DNA of 64,000 nucleotides, from the IMG/VR virus record IMGVR_UViG_3300042502_001136, positions 19,239 through 83,238 of that record; one strand, 5' to 3'. A program made the translations under genes and the position numbers. The stretch is from a virus. The notes under the pieces were generated by a model, which was not told the origin of the DNA, did no database searches, and was given only the letters and a program-made list of their open reading frames with translations. Numbering within the stretch: position 1 is the first letter of the stretch; the number at the start of each line of letters is the position of its first letter. This document shows, in pieces, positions 50,428 through 61,000 of this stretch.

Positions 50428-51231
50428 ATGAGTATTATAGCGATTTCGGGAAAAATAGGAAGTGGTAAAGATACTGTAGGAACAATAATAAGAAGTTTAA
50501 CTAATAAAGATGGTGCTATTTTTACTCCTAAAAGATTAGTAGAATGTATAAATACTACAGGAAGTATACCAGTAATAGGATTTAATAGTAATTGGGAAAT
50601 CAAAAAATTCGCAGATAAACTTAAAGATATAGTATGTTTACTTATTAATTGTACTAGAGAACAATTAGAAGATGCTGATTTTAAGAATACTGAATTAGGA
50701 GAAGAATGGTGGTATTTACAATTAAAAGATAATTATGGATATAAAATACCACAATTATATAATTATTTAGAATGGAAAGATATTAAATCTCCATCAATAG
50801 ATTATACTCTTTTACAACCTATTAAATTAACTCCTAGACTTTTACTTCAATTATTAGGTACAGAGTGTGGGAGAGATATTATTCATCCTAATGTATGGGT
50901 TAATAGTTTAATGAGTGAATATAAAATGAATTATGCTCAACATCCTGATATTGATTATATAGAAAGTAAACAATATCCTAATTGGATTATTACAGATATG
51001 AGATTCCCTAATGAATTACAAGCTATTAAAGATAGAGGTGGTATTACTATTAGAGTTAATAGAGTACCTTTTGATAGTATAGAAGAAACAATGAGATTTC
51101 ATCCTTCTGAAACAGCATTAGATAATGCTAAATTTGATTATACTATTATTAACAATGGTACAATAGAAGATTTAATAGAAAAAATAAAAGTAATATTAAT
51201 AAAAGAAAAAATTATAAATGAATCCAACTAA
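50428..51231 (+). CDS. Deoxynucleoside monophosphate kinase
   Basis: ISGKIGSGKDT, FADKLK, TPR.LLQ.LGTE.GR, ITDMRFPNE, HPSE. Confidence 0.92.
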   Translation: MSIIAISGKIGSGKDTVGTIIRSLTNKDGAIFTPKRLVECINTTGSIPVIGFNSNWEIKKFADKLKDIVCLLINCTREQLEDADFKNTELGEEWWYLQLKDNYGYKIPQLYNYLEWKDIKSPSIDYTLLQPIKLTPRLLLQLLGTECGRDIIHPNVWVNSLMSEYKMNYAQHPDIDYIESKQYPNWIITDMRFPNELQAIKDRGGITIRVNRVPFDSIEETMRFHPSETALDNAKFDYTIINNGTIEDLIEKIKVILIKEKIINESN

Positions 51232-51682
51232 TAATATTAAAGAAGCTAATACTAATGCTATTAATACATTAATATTAAATTTAAAATCTAATAATTTGAT
51301 TAATGAAACTCAAGTATCAGATTGTTATCATACATTTGATGAATTATATGAATTTAGAAAGATGTATAATGCTGTTCTATTTAGTGGGTGGGCAGAAGCA
51401 CACTTATCTAGTATATCTTTAGTAGAATCTAAAGTATATGATAAAGTATTAATAGAACCAAAATATAATGTTCATAAATCATGGAAACATAATGATGGAG
51501 AACTTTGTTTTGGAGGAGGTTGGTTTATTGTAAGTGCAATGTTACCTACAGGATTAATTAGTAATCATTATAAAGCTGAAGATTGGGATTTATTTAAAGT
51601 ACCTGAAGTAGAAAAAGCTTTATATGAATTTGATGGTCATACTGGTAAAGATGTATTAAAAAGATTAAAAGCTTTAATATAA
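51218..51682 (+). CDS. WDGH-domain-like phage protein
   Basis: SD.YHTFDELY..R, KS.KH.DGE, GWFIV...LPTG.ISNHY, FDGHT. Confidence 0.75.
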   Translation: MNPTNNIKEANTNAINTLILNLKSNNLINETQVSDCYHTFDELYEFRKMYNAVLFSGWAEAHLSSISLVESKVYDKVLIEPKYNVHKSWKHNDGELCFGGGWFIVSAMLPTGLISNHYKAEDWDLFKVPEVEKALYEFDGHTGKDVLKRLKALI

Positions 51683-51720
51683 AGTATTGTAGATAAATTA
51701 GAAATAACTAAATAAATATT

Positions 51721-51891
51721 ATGACAGAAGTTCAAATTAAACAAACTATTGGTCAATTAGAAGCATCTATTAATAAAGTAGAATCGTTTGCTAATGAAGA
51801 AGAATTTAAAGAATATTGTGATAATATTCAAACTTGTATTACTCACTGGAAAATAATCTTAAAAAAAGTTAAAGAAAATGAAAGGAAATAA
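51721..51891 (+). CDS. Small hypothetical protein (56 aa, not in ORF track)
   Basis: MTEVQIKQTIGQLE...; overlaps next start. Confidence 0.55.
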   Translation: MTEVQIKQTIGQLEASINKVESFANEEEFKEYCDNIQTCITHWKIILKKVKENERK

Positions 51892-52381
51892 AGTAGAACT
51901 AAATACTAAACTTTATCAAATTGATAGAAATAAAAGAGAAGAAGGCTTAGTAGAAAATAGATTTAATATTTTTAATTGTATTTTAATTACTAAATTAGGT
52001 AAATATTATTTATATCAATTTGCTTTAAATAGTTTTGGTACTATTACTACAAAATCAGCTCAAGCAGATTATAATAATATTATTAATATATTTGAATTAG
52101 ATAAACAAGACAGAAATAAAACTTTTACTGAAATTATTAAAAAGAATAAAACTAAATTAGGTTTTTATTATAGTACTTTACATTCTGTTTTTTATTTTAG
52201 TGAAACTAATCAAGTTGAAGATTCTTTTGCAGGTTTTGCTTTAAATTATAAAGATTTAAAAGAAGATGTTAATAAATTATTAATTGGAGAAATACACGCT
52301 TTAGAAACTAAAAAGAAAGAAATAGAAGAAAAACTAGATAATCTTATAAAACAAGTTAAAGAAAATGGCACACAATCTTAA
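51878..52381 (+). CDS. Hypothetical protein
   Basis: ORF track; C-terminal coiled coil. Confidence 0.6.
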   Translation: MKGNKVELNTKLYQIDRNKREEGLVENRFNIFNCILITKLGKYYLYQFALNSFGTITTKSAQADYNNIINIFELDKQDRNKTFTEIIKKNKTKLGFYYSTLHSVFYFSETNQVEDSFAGFALNYKDLKEDVNKLLIGEIHALETKKKEIEEKLDNLIKQVKENGTQS

Positions 52382-53399
52382 TTTTACAAATAATAGAGCT
52401 AGTTTTGCTTCACGTAAAGAAATAGCTTGGCACAGTCTTGGACAAGTAGTAGATGCTATGACTTCAGAAGAAGCAATTAAACTTGGTGGTTTAGATTTTG
52501 AAGTTGAAAAAAGAGCAAAATATTATCATTCTAATAAGCATATTCTTTTTGATGATGCTAAAACTTATGATGTTATTTCAAGAGTTAAACTTAAAGATTC
52601 TAATATTTATAAACAAGAATTTGTTATTCCTGATAAATTTGTAACTGTTAGAAATGATACTAATCAATATTTAGGAGAAGTAGGAGCAAAATATGAAGTT
52701 ATTCAGAATTGGGAAGCTTTTGATTTTATGGATAGTATTATAGGAAAACAAGCTTCTTATGAAACTGTTGGTGCTTTAGGTAATGGAGAAACAGTATTTA
52801 TTACTGCTAAATTAACAGAAGAATTAGTAATTAATAAAGACCAAATAGATAAATATTTACTTGTTACTATGTCACATGATGGAAGTAGTAGTATTCAAGT
52901 AATGTTTACTCCTATTAGAGTTGTATGTAATAATACTTTAACTGCGGCTATTAAAGGTAATCAGAATAAAGTTAGTATTATGCATACTAGAAATGCTAAA
53001 GTTAAATTAGAAGCAAGTAAAAAGATACTAGGTATAGTAGACCAAGGAAGTCTAGCTTATAAAGAAATATTTAGTGATATGTTTAATTGTTACGTTAATG
53101 ATAAAGATGCTAAATCTGTTATTGAAAAATCATTAGGATTAGTTCGAGATGACAAAAACAACCTTTCTACTAGAGGGGAAAATATACTATTTCAAGCTAA
53201 TAAATATTATCATCAAGGTATTGGACAACAAGAAATTGTAGGTAATTATTGGGGAGTATACAATGGTGTAACTGGATATCTTCAAAATGTAAAAGAATAC
53301 AAAAATGAAGAAGTTAAATTCAAAAATACTTTTGATTCCGGAGATAGTAATGCAAGACAAAGAGCTTTTAATATTATTACTAATTTAATATATCAATAA
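52365..53399 (+). CDS. DUF932-family phage/plasmid protein
   Basis: MAHNL, AWHSLG, GLDFEV, YE.IQN.EAF.F.D, SHDGS, TPIRVVCNNTL. Confidence 0.88.
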   Translation: MAHNLNFTNNRASFASRKEIAWHSLGQVVDAMTSEEAIKLGGLDFEVEKRAKYYHSNKHILFDDAKTYDVISRVKLKDSNIYKQEFVIPDKFVTVRNDTNQYLGEVGAKYEVIQNWEAFDFMDSIIGKQASYETVGALGNGETVFITAKLTEELVINKDQIDKYLLVTMSHDGSSSIQVMFTPIRVVCNNTLTAAIKGNQNKVSIMHTRNAKVKLEASKKILGIVDQGSLAYKEIFSDMFNCYVNDKDAKSVIEKSLGLVRDDKNNLSTRGENILFQANKYYHQGIGQQEIVGNYWGVYNGVTGYLQNVKEYKNEEVKFKNTFDSGDSNARQRAFNIITNLIYQ

Positions 53400-53405
53400 G
53401 CTAAA

Positions 53406-53942
53406 ATGACTAGACAAGAAAGACAAAACATTATTATAAATGTTTTAACAGATTGTAGTACATTTAGTGGTAGAAAACTATTAGATGAATTTTCCCCAAT
53501 AGAAGTTGTGGATTTTTCTAATCATTTGATAAATACAACACCTGATACTTTTGATGAACATATCATTAAAACAACAGAAAGAATATTTATTAATTGGAGC
53601 AAAGAAAATATTAAAAATCATTGTGTAGGAGAGATTAATAAATTATTAAGAAGTTATATTAGTCTTACTTACAATAAAGAGAAATTAATATTATTAATGT
53701 ATTATCTAGGAATACTATATAAACTAGATAATGAAAGTATTACCAAAGATTTAAACAAAGTAGAACAATACTTTGAGTCATTACTTATATTAGATACTGA
53801 TGAATTAAAAGAAGAAGTAGCTAGTAACAATATCGAAGCACAAACCAAAAATGCAGGACACTATTATACAAGAGTATTAGATAATTTTATAATACTACCT
53901 ACATTAAAAACCAAAGAACATTTTAGTAATTTTATTCCGTAA
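53406..53942 (+). CDS. Hypothetical protein
   Basis: ORF track. Confidence 0.6.
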   Translation: MTRQERQNIIINVLTDCSTFSGRKLLDEFSPIEVVDFSNHLINTTPDTFDEHIIKTTERIFINWSKENIKNHCVGEINKLLRSYISLTYNKEKLILLMYYLGILYKLDNESITKDLNKVEQYFESLLILDTDELKEEVASNNIEAQTKNAGHYYTRVLDNFIILPTLKTKEHFSNFIP

Positions 53943-53947
53943 AAAAG

Positions 53948-54523
53948 ATGCAAACAATTCAAACAATTTTAGTCATTTTATTAGTACTAGTAGCAATAAT
54001 ACTAGCATTAAAAATTAGAGAGGTTATAAAACTGAAAAAACTAGTAAAACAGAAAGACAAAGAATACAGTTTACTTAATAGTGAGTATCATGATACTAAA
54101 GACACTTTAGTAACTATTAGAAGAAATCATGTATCTCAATATGAAACTCTTCAAGATAGATATGAACAAGAAAAAGTTGATTTATTAAAAGCTAATATTA
54201 ATAAAACTATTTATTTAAAATATTTATTAATAGTTATTAATAAAGTATTTAATAATTTAGGTAAACATATTATGTATACTGATGAAACAGGTGTACCTAA
54301 AAATATTTGGCTTGTTTATAGTAAAGAGGCTAAAGCATATAAAGTACAAGCAGCTTTTGGAAAAGAAGATATTTCAAATATTCTTTCTTTTCATAATGAA
54401 AAAGAAGATATAAAAGCCTTAATAGAAAAAGGTATTATTGGAGAGTATGAAACAGAACAATTTGAGAAAACTCTCGATGTTACAGAATTTGATGTTCTTA
54501 GAGAATCAATTCTAAATAAATAA
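53948..54523 (+). CDS. Membrane-anchored coiled-coil protein
   Basis: N-terminal TM then coiled coil. Confidence 0.6.
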   Translation: MQTIQTILVILLVLVAIILALKIREVIKLKKLVKQKDKEYSLLNSEYHDTKDTLVTIRRNHVSQYETLQDRYEQEKVDLLKANINKTIYLKYLLIVINKVFNNLGKHIMYTDETGVPKNIWLVYSKEAKAYKVQAAFGKEDISNILSFHNEKEDIKALIEKGIIGEYETEQFEKTLDVTEFDVLRESILNK

Positions 54524-54532
54524 ATAAGAAAA

Positions 54533-54958
54533 ATGGAGATAGCAATTAAACTCGCTGCCTTATTTACAATAATGCTTTTATTATTTAAAATGAAAGCATT
54601 ATTAGATAAGATAAAAGTACAAAATTCTTATATTAAAAGTCTTGAAAAAAGAGATAAGACAAAAATATTAGGAGAGCAAAAATATAAAGATAATCATGAA
54701 CTCGATGAAAGATTATATGCTTTTTGTGAAGGTAAATTTTATAAAGTCTTTAATGTAAACAGTAAAGGAGAAGCATATATTAGAAACAAAGATCTTAAAA
54801 CTGGTAAAAGAGAAAATAAAATTTGTGAATTATATTTAAAAGTAAAAGGTATTGATGCTTATGTAGATTTAGAAACTGTAAAGACATATATAATTAATAA
54901 TCTTTATACTAATAAATATAAAAGTTTTGAAGATATAAAAAAAGGGACTCTTAATTGA
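54533..54958 (+). CDS. Membrane-anchored hypothetical protein
   Basis: N-terminal hydrophobic helix. Confidence 0.55.
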   Translation: MEIAIKLAALFTIMLLLFKMKALLDKIKVQNSYIKSLEKRDKTKILGEQKYKDNHELDERLYAFCEGKFYKVFNVNSKGEAYIRNKDLKTGKRENKICELYLKVKGIDAYVDLETVKTYIINNLYTNKYKSFEDIKKGTLN

Positions 54959-54968
54959 GTCCCTTTTA
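54937..54968. terminator. Bidirectional terminator between convergent blocks
   Basis: aaaaaagggactc-ttaatt-gagtccctttt. Confidence 0.88.
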
Positions 54969-55015
54969 TTAATACTTCTACCTAAAAAATTTGTAAACAA
55001 ATAACAGCTCTATTT

Positions 55016-58000
55016 TTATCGTTTATCATATGTTTGTGAAGCTGAATTATAAATACTATAAGCTTTAGATGTAAAAGGTAATAGTTTAGATGATGCTTTT
55101 ACCAATCTGCTATCCCCTGCATGAATACCTGCTTCAAATTCATCTTCTCCAATTAAAGCTTTACCACTAGCATAAAAGAAATCAGCAACTTCTTTAACAA
55201 TACTTACAGCCGGAATAATATCTCTTATTAAATTTCTAGCTTCCATAGGATTAACATATAACATTAAATCAGTTCTTAATCTAATTCCTTGATTAATTAA
55301 AACATTTAATACTTGCAATTTTTCTTCATCATCATCGTCATCTTTTAATCCTGCAACAACAAGTAATAATAAATTAAGATTAATAGCCATAGTAACTTCT
55401 GTTAAAACTTTTCTCATATTAGCAGCATCAACAGCTTTAATTTTATTATTTTCTACTAATCCTTCAAAGGTTCCACCTTTATAAGCACCGAATGTATATC
55501 TTCTTAATATTCCTTTCATAAATTCAAGTGCAAATTCTCCAACAGTAGTTCTTTTATAAACATCTCCAACTGAACGATATCTACCTTTTACTTCAACTCC
55601 TAAGATATCATCAAATCTCTCTTTTTCAACTCTTACTGCAATAGCATCTATCATCCAAGTTCTAAATTGTAATGCAAATCTACCTAATACAGAACGTTTA
55701 GCATTAATAGTTGAAGCAGGGTCATAATTACCATGATTACGTTTAATTATTTGATTTAATTTTAATCGTAATTTAATAATAACATCTTTAGGCTCTTCTC
55801 CAAATTCAGCAGTATTCCAATTAAAATCATTATCCATAGCATCCCAAACAGTAGTTTCTCCTTTTTCTGTTTGTACTTTAGTATCTTTAGCTAATGCTAT
55901 TAATAATGGAGCCTGATTAATATACTCTGTTCTCTTTTGCATATTATAAGGACTTAACCATCTAAAGCGTTTATTAAAACTATTAGGAGTAGATTCTGTA
56001 TAAAGTTCATTAGATGCATCTTTAAGTACATCCCATTTATTCATACCTGCTCTAATCTTATTAGCTACCTCTAAATCATATAATCCAGTTTCATGATTAA
56101 AACTAGCATTTCTACCAATACTATTCATTACTAATTTATAACCATAATTTAAAGATTCTTTAGTATAAACTTGTCCTCCTGCAGCTTCTATGTAATTAGC
56201 TATCCAACCAAATCCCATATTACTAAATCCACTTAATACATTCCAACCCATTAATTTTACTTGTAAATATTTAAGTAAATTATCACCTGCTTTAGAGTAT
56301 ATAAATGTTTTACCTAATTTAGCTAATTGGTCTTGTATTAATTCTGCTCCTTCTGTATATACTTCTACAGTAATTACATTATTAGCTAAATCTTCTTCTA
56401 GTTGTATTAAACTATTCTCTAATTCCTTCTTAGTAGCTTTTTCAGTAGGAGTTAATACTTTTCCACCTTTACCCTCTTCATCTCTAATATCATTATACAT
56501 ATTAGCTTTAATAAAGTTTTCAGTAGCTTGTTTAGTTTTAACAAAAGATTCAGCTGTTGGTTTCTTTTGAATTAATCCTAATCCTGCTGTAATAGGTGTA
56601 CCATCAGGTCTATAAAAAGACTCTTTATATGAATCCATTACAGTAGTAGCAATTTTAATACCGTCTTCTATTTGAGCTTTATGCTTATGTGCCATTACTA
56701 ATGCCGTATATACCTTAATTACTTTAGGTAAATCAAAAGATTTTTGTTGAGATATTTCATCAATAGCTTCTTCTTTAAATCTATATAATTCAACATTATT
56801 AGGCTCTCTTTTATTTTCAACAATAAATTCTACTGTTTTCTTTTCAACAATATCTTTAATAGCTTCATAGTTGTTTTTTATCATTGGTATTCTCATTTCC
56901 TGAACAGGTTTACCTGTATTAGGGTCAATAACACCACTACTATTATCAGAAAAAGAACTTTGCATTGATTTAATAAAAGCATCTTGAATAGGTTTAAATC
57001 CTAATTGAAAACCTTTTTCAGAATACATTTCATATAAACTCTTTTCAATAAAAGGAATACCACCATAAGCTAAAGCTTCTTGTTGACTATCAGGAACAAA
57101 TTTTTTCAAAGTACTAAAAGTATCATTAACAAATTCATAGAAAGCTAATAAAGTTTCATCACTTTTAATAATATCAAAATTACTATCAAAATAATCAGCA
57201 GTTACTGCTTCTCGTTTAGGTATTAATTCATAATATTTATGTGAATTAAAATATTTATAATCTTCTATACTTTTAGGTGCTCCTTTAAAAGCATAATGTT
57301 CTAATGAATAAGGACTATTAGCTTTTAACCAATTTTCATATTTTCTATTAGTTTCTTCAGTATTAGTAATATCAGCTTTAGATTTTAAGTTATAACTACT
57401 AACTAATATTTCTAAATATCCTTCTTTATGTTCATTATATGAATCAATTTTCTTTTGTTGATTTTTCATATATGAATTATAAGCATACTCACCTAATTCT
57501 TGTTTTAATGCTTCTCTAGCAGCAATAACTTCAGGAGTAATAACATTATTAGCAGGGAAAAGACTAGCAATATTAGTATTTAATCCTATGTTTCCAATAT
57601 GATTAAGATAAGCATTAAAATTACTAAATACATTATTAGCATTTATCCCACTAATGAGCATTGCTTTTCTTTCATAGAATTTTTTAGAATATTGATTAAC
57701 TAAATGTCCTGTCAATTTACCATTTTCAGTACGTTGTCTAAAAATATCAAATAATTCTTTATATCCTCTAGCTTTTAAATTAGCAAGAACTTTATCAGAT
57801 AATTCTTCAAAACCTTCTAATTGTTTATTAAAATCATCTTCAGCTTTAATATTAGCTGTTTGAACAGCAGCCCAAATACTAGTTAGAAGTTCATTATCAT
57901 AAGTACTAATATCTTTAAAACTATTTTGTAAAGAATTAATATCTTTAAATTCTGAAAATATTTCATCAATAGTAATATCTCTATTAATGTAAGTTTTAAC

Positions 58001-61000
58001 AAAATTTCTAAGGTATTCTTTTTCTACTAAAGATAGTTGGTCTGATAATGATTTAGCTTCTGATTCAATACCTGCATAAAGATTAGTTAATATCTTAGAT
58101 TTTTTAGCAACAGGACTAAATAGTAATTCAGTAGAATCTTTCCAAAAATTAGTAAGACTTCTTGCATATACTAAATCTTCTGAAGTTAAAGGTCTTTTTA
58201 ACATCTCTTCAACTGTCTGTAAATCTTGTTCAGCAAAATCAGCTAAATTATCTAAATATTTAACATCTCCTGCATTTTCTAATAGTTCTGCATCTTTATT
58301 ATATTGTTCTTGTAATACAGCTACTCTATTAAAATCTTCAATATCTCTAGCTTTTTTAATACTACTTTTTAACTTCTTAACTCTAATTTCTAATGCTTTA
58401 ATATAATTAGGAAAAGAATTAACACCTCCTTCAACTATTTCAGAAGTTAAACCAATATTTTCATCATAAGCAAAATCAGCAAATCTATTACTATCTAATA
58501 CTACTCTACCATCTATATTTCTTGCTACAACATTTACTATATTCTTGTTAATAAAATCTACAATTTCTTGTGCATTATCTTTTTGAATAGGAACATTGTT
58601 TTCATTTACTAGATTTAACTTCTTATTAAGATAGTCTTGTGTTCTAACATAAAGAGGAACACTAGGTACATAAAAAGCAGGATCTTTAGTAATATCATTT
58701 TCAAACAAGTTAAGAATTTCATGTAAAACAGCTTCTAAATTACTATCTTTTTTAACTCCTAATCTTTGTAATAAATCAGTAATAGCTTTAATAAAACGTT
58801 GCCAAAGAGTTTTAGCTTTTTCATTAGCAGGTTTATTTAAGTATTCTTGAAATAATTTATTATTAATAGATGCAGCAATAAATTCTTGTAAATTAATAAT
58901 AGGATAAAGAATATTACGGTCAAGTTCAGTAGTTAAACCTAATCCATGTTTAGAATTATATTTAACTCTATCAATAGCTTTTTGTCCATAAGTATTAATA
59001 AGATCATTCTCAACTGATTTTCTTAATGCTTCTAATTCTTTAACAAAAGTACTACTTCCTTTTTCTACTTCCATTGCAGTAATACCATGTATAATTTCTT
59101 CTATAACTACTAAATGTAAATCTTCTTCAGAAACAAAACTATTAGGATTAACTCTAATTTGAAAAGGTTCTGCAAACATATTACTTTTAAGTAATACTCC
59201 TCTAGCTTTTAAGTTAGTATCTACATAAAATGGTACAGCAGAAAGAAGTGGAGTAAGTCCTTTTATTTTATCAGCAAAATATTTAATAATAGGATTGTTA
59301 CTATTATTTCTAATTTGTCGCAAAATAAGTCTATATTTTTCTTCTACAGCTAAAGAATTATCATCTAAATAATATTTCTTAGTTAAATCAGCCATAGCAG
59401 TATTATATATTTTAGCTGAACTTAAATCAGAGACATTATTATCTAAAGATAAAAATTCATCAGTAGCAGTACCAGGTTGAGGAAGATTTTCAGTACTAAG
59501 TTCAGAAAGATTAGAAAATAAATCTAATTGTACTGAAGTAGTATTACTAACAGTAGGAGTACTATAATTAAGAGTATTAATACTATTTTTTGTAACAACA
59601 TATACATCTTTAATAGCTTGTTTAGCTTTATCTTCTTTTTCCTTACCTACATACTCTTGTCTTGGTTGCCACTTATCATCTTTTTTAACATTATAATTTT
59701 CAATATCTCTACTACCTATACCTGCAAAGTTTTTAGTTAATATAGGAGTTTCTGTTTTTTCAAAAACTTTATTATTAAATTTATACCATTGTTCAGTATT
59801 AATATCCCATACATAAACAGGTTTATTTAATTTAATTCCTAATTGAATTGCTGTATTAGTACCACCACTAACTGATTTATTATTACTATTTAATTTAGCA
59901 ATAGCATAAACAGCATCTGAATTATAAACTTGATAAAAGTTTCTTACTTGTAAATTACCTTCTAATGTATTAGGATATTTTTTTCCTAATAATCTTTCTA
60001 CTTCACTTCTAGCTTTATCCATTTGTTCTTTAGATAAAACTACAGCTGTAACTTTATTATTTCTTAATTGTTGAGATAAATTAGCATTACCTGCATCTTT
60101 ATAATGATTATGTTTAGTAAATCCAAGAGGTCTACCGATTATATCCCAAAAAGTATCTCCTCCATATGCTCCGCCTGAATGATTAGTAAAGTCTGATAAA
60201 CTTGTAGCTTGTTCTTGACTAGTAACAGGAGGATTAATAGATGTTATCTTAGGGATATATTCTTTTTTAATAACTTGTACCTCTTCTTCAACTTTATCAT
60301 TAAGTCTTTCAAATCCGCTATCAGCTTGATTAATATAAATAGTACTTTTACCTGCAAAAGGTAAAGTAATATCATATTCTTTCATACCTTTACTACCTAA
60401 TACATCTATTTCAATATATTCTTGAATATCAGGAATAAATTTAAATATTCTATATTTATTAGGCATAGCAGAAGGAAAAACAACAAAACTTCTAAATATC
60501 TTAGCCCTATCTTTAGCAACTAATTTATTATTAACAATCTCAAAGTTTTCTAATACTCTTTCATTATAAAATTCTTCTGGATTATGTTGAACATATTGAG
60601 TTGTAAAAGCTTCTTTAGCATTTTTACTAAATTCATCATTATCTAGTAAATTAGCAGTAGCTTCCATTTCTTTATAAAATCCTATTGTTTTAAGATAATC
60701 ATAAGGAATATATTTAATAAATTGAGCAGATTGTTGAACACCACCTGTAACTAACTGATATTGTATTAATTGTTCAGCTAATATACGAGTAGTTAAACGT
60801 TCTCCATTATAATCACCTAAATATATATCATTAACAAGCATATCAATTATACTATTAATAATAACTTCATCATTCATTTCAATAACACCTGCATTATAAT
60901 ATTTAATTTCAGTAGGTATTTTTCCTGTTCTAGTAGCAGTCATAGTACTTCTACCAATTTGAAGTTTTTCTAATAAAGGATTAGTATAAGGTTTTAATGC

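Noticed and set aside
2278-50603. Short antisense or alternate-frame ORFs (e.g. 2278, 3062, 4296, 4620, 7276, 10289, 14621, 15425, 16637, 16641, 21035, 22475, 22492, 22707, 23353, 27484, 29148, 32496, 33113, 35702, 37834, 43506, 43715, 44456, 47108, 50418)
   Set aside because: They are shadows of well-supported genes, with I/L/F/S-rich composition typical of AT-rich off-frames.
3368-53256. Weaker GGGG-containing look-alikes of the dispersed motif (about 3368, 3949, 10168, 12045, 45043, 49027, 53247)
   Set aside because: Too many mismatches or no A/C-rich flank; may be chance, so not counted.
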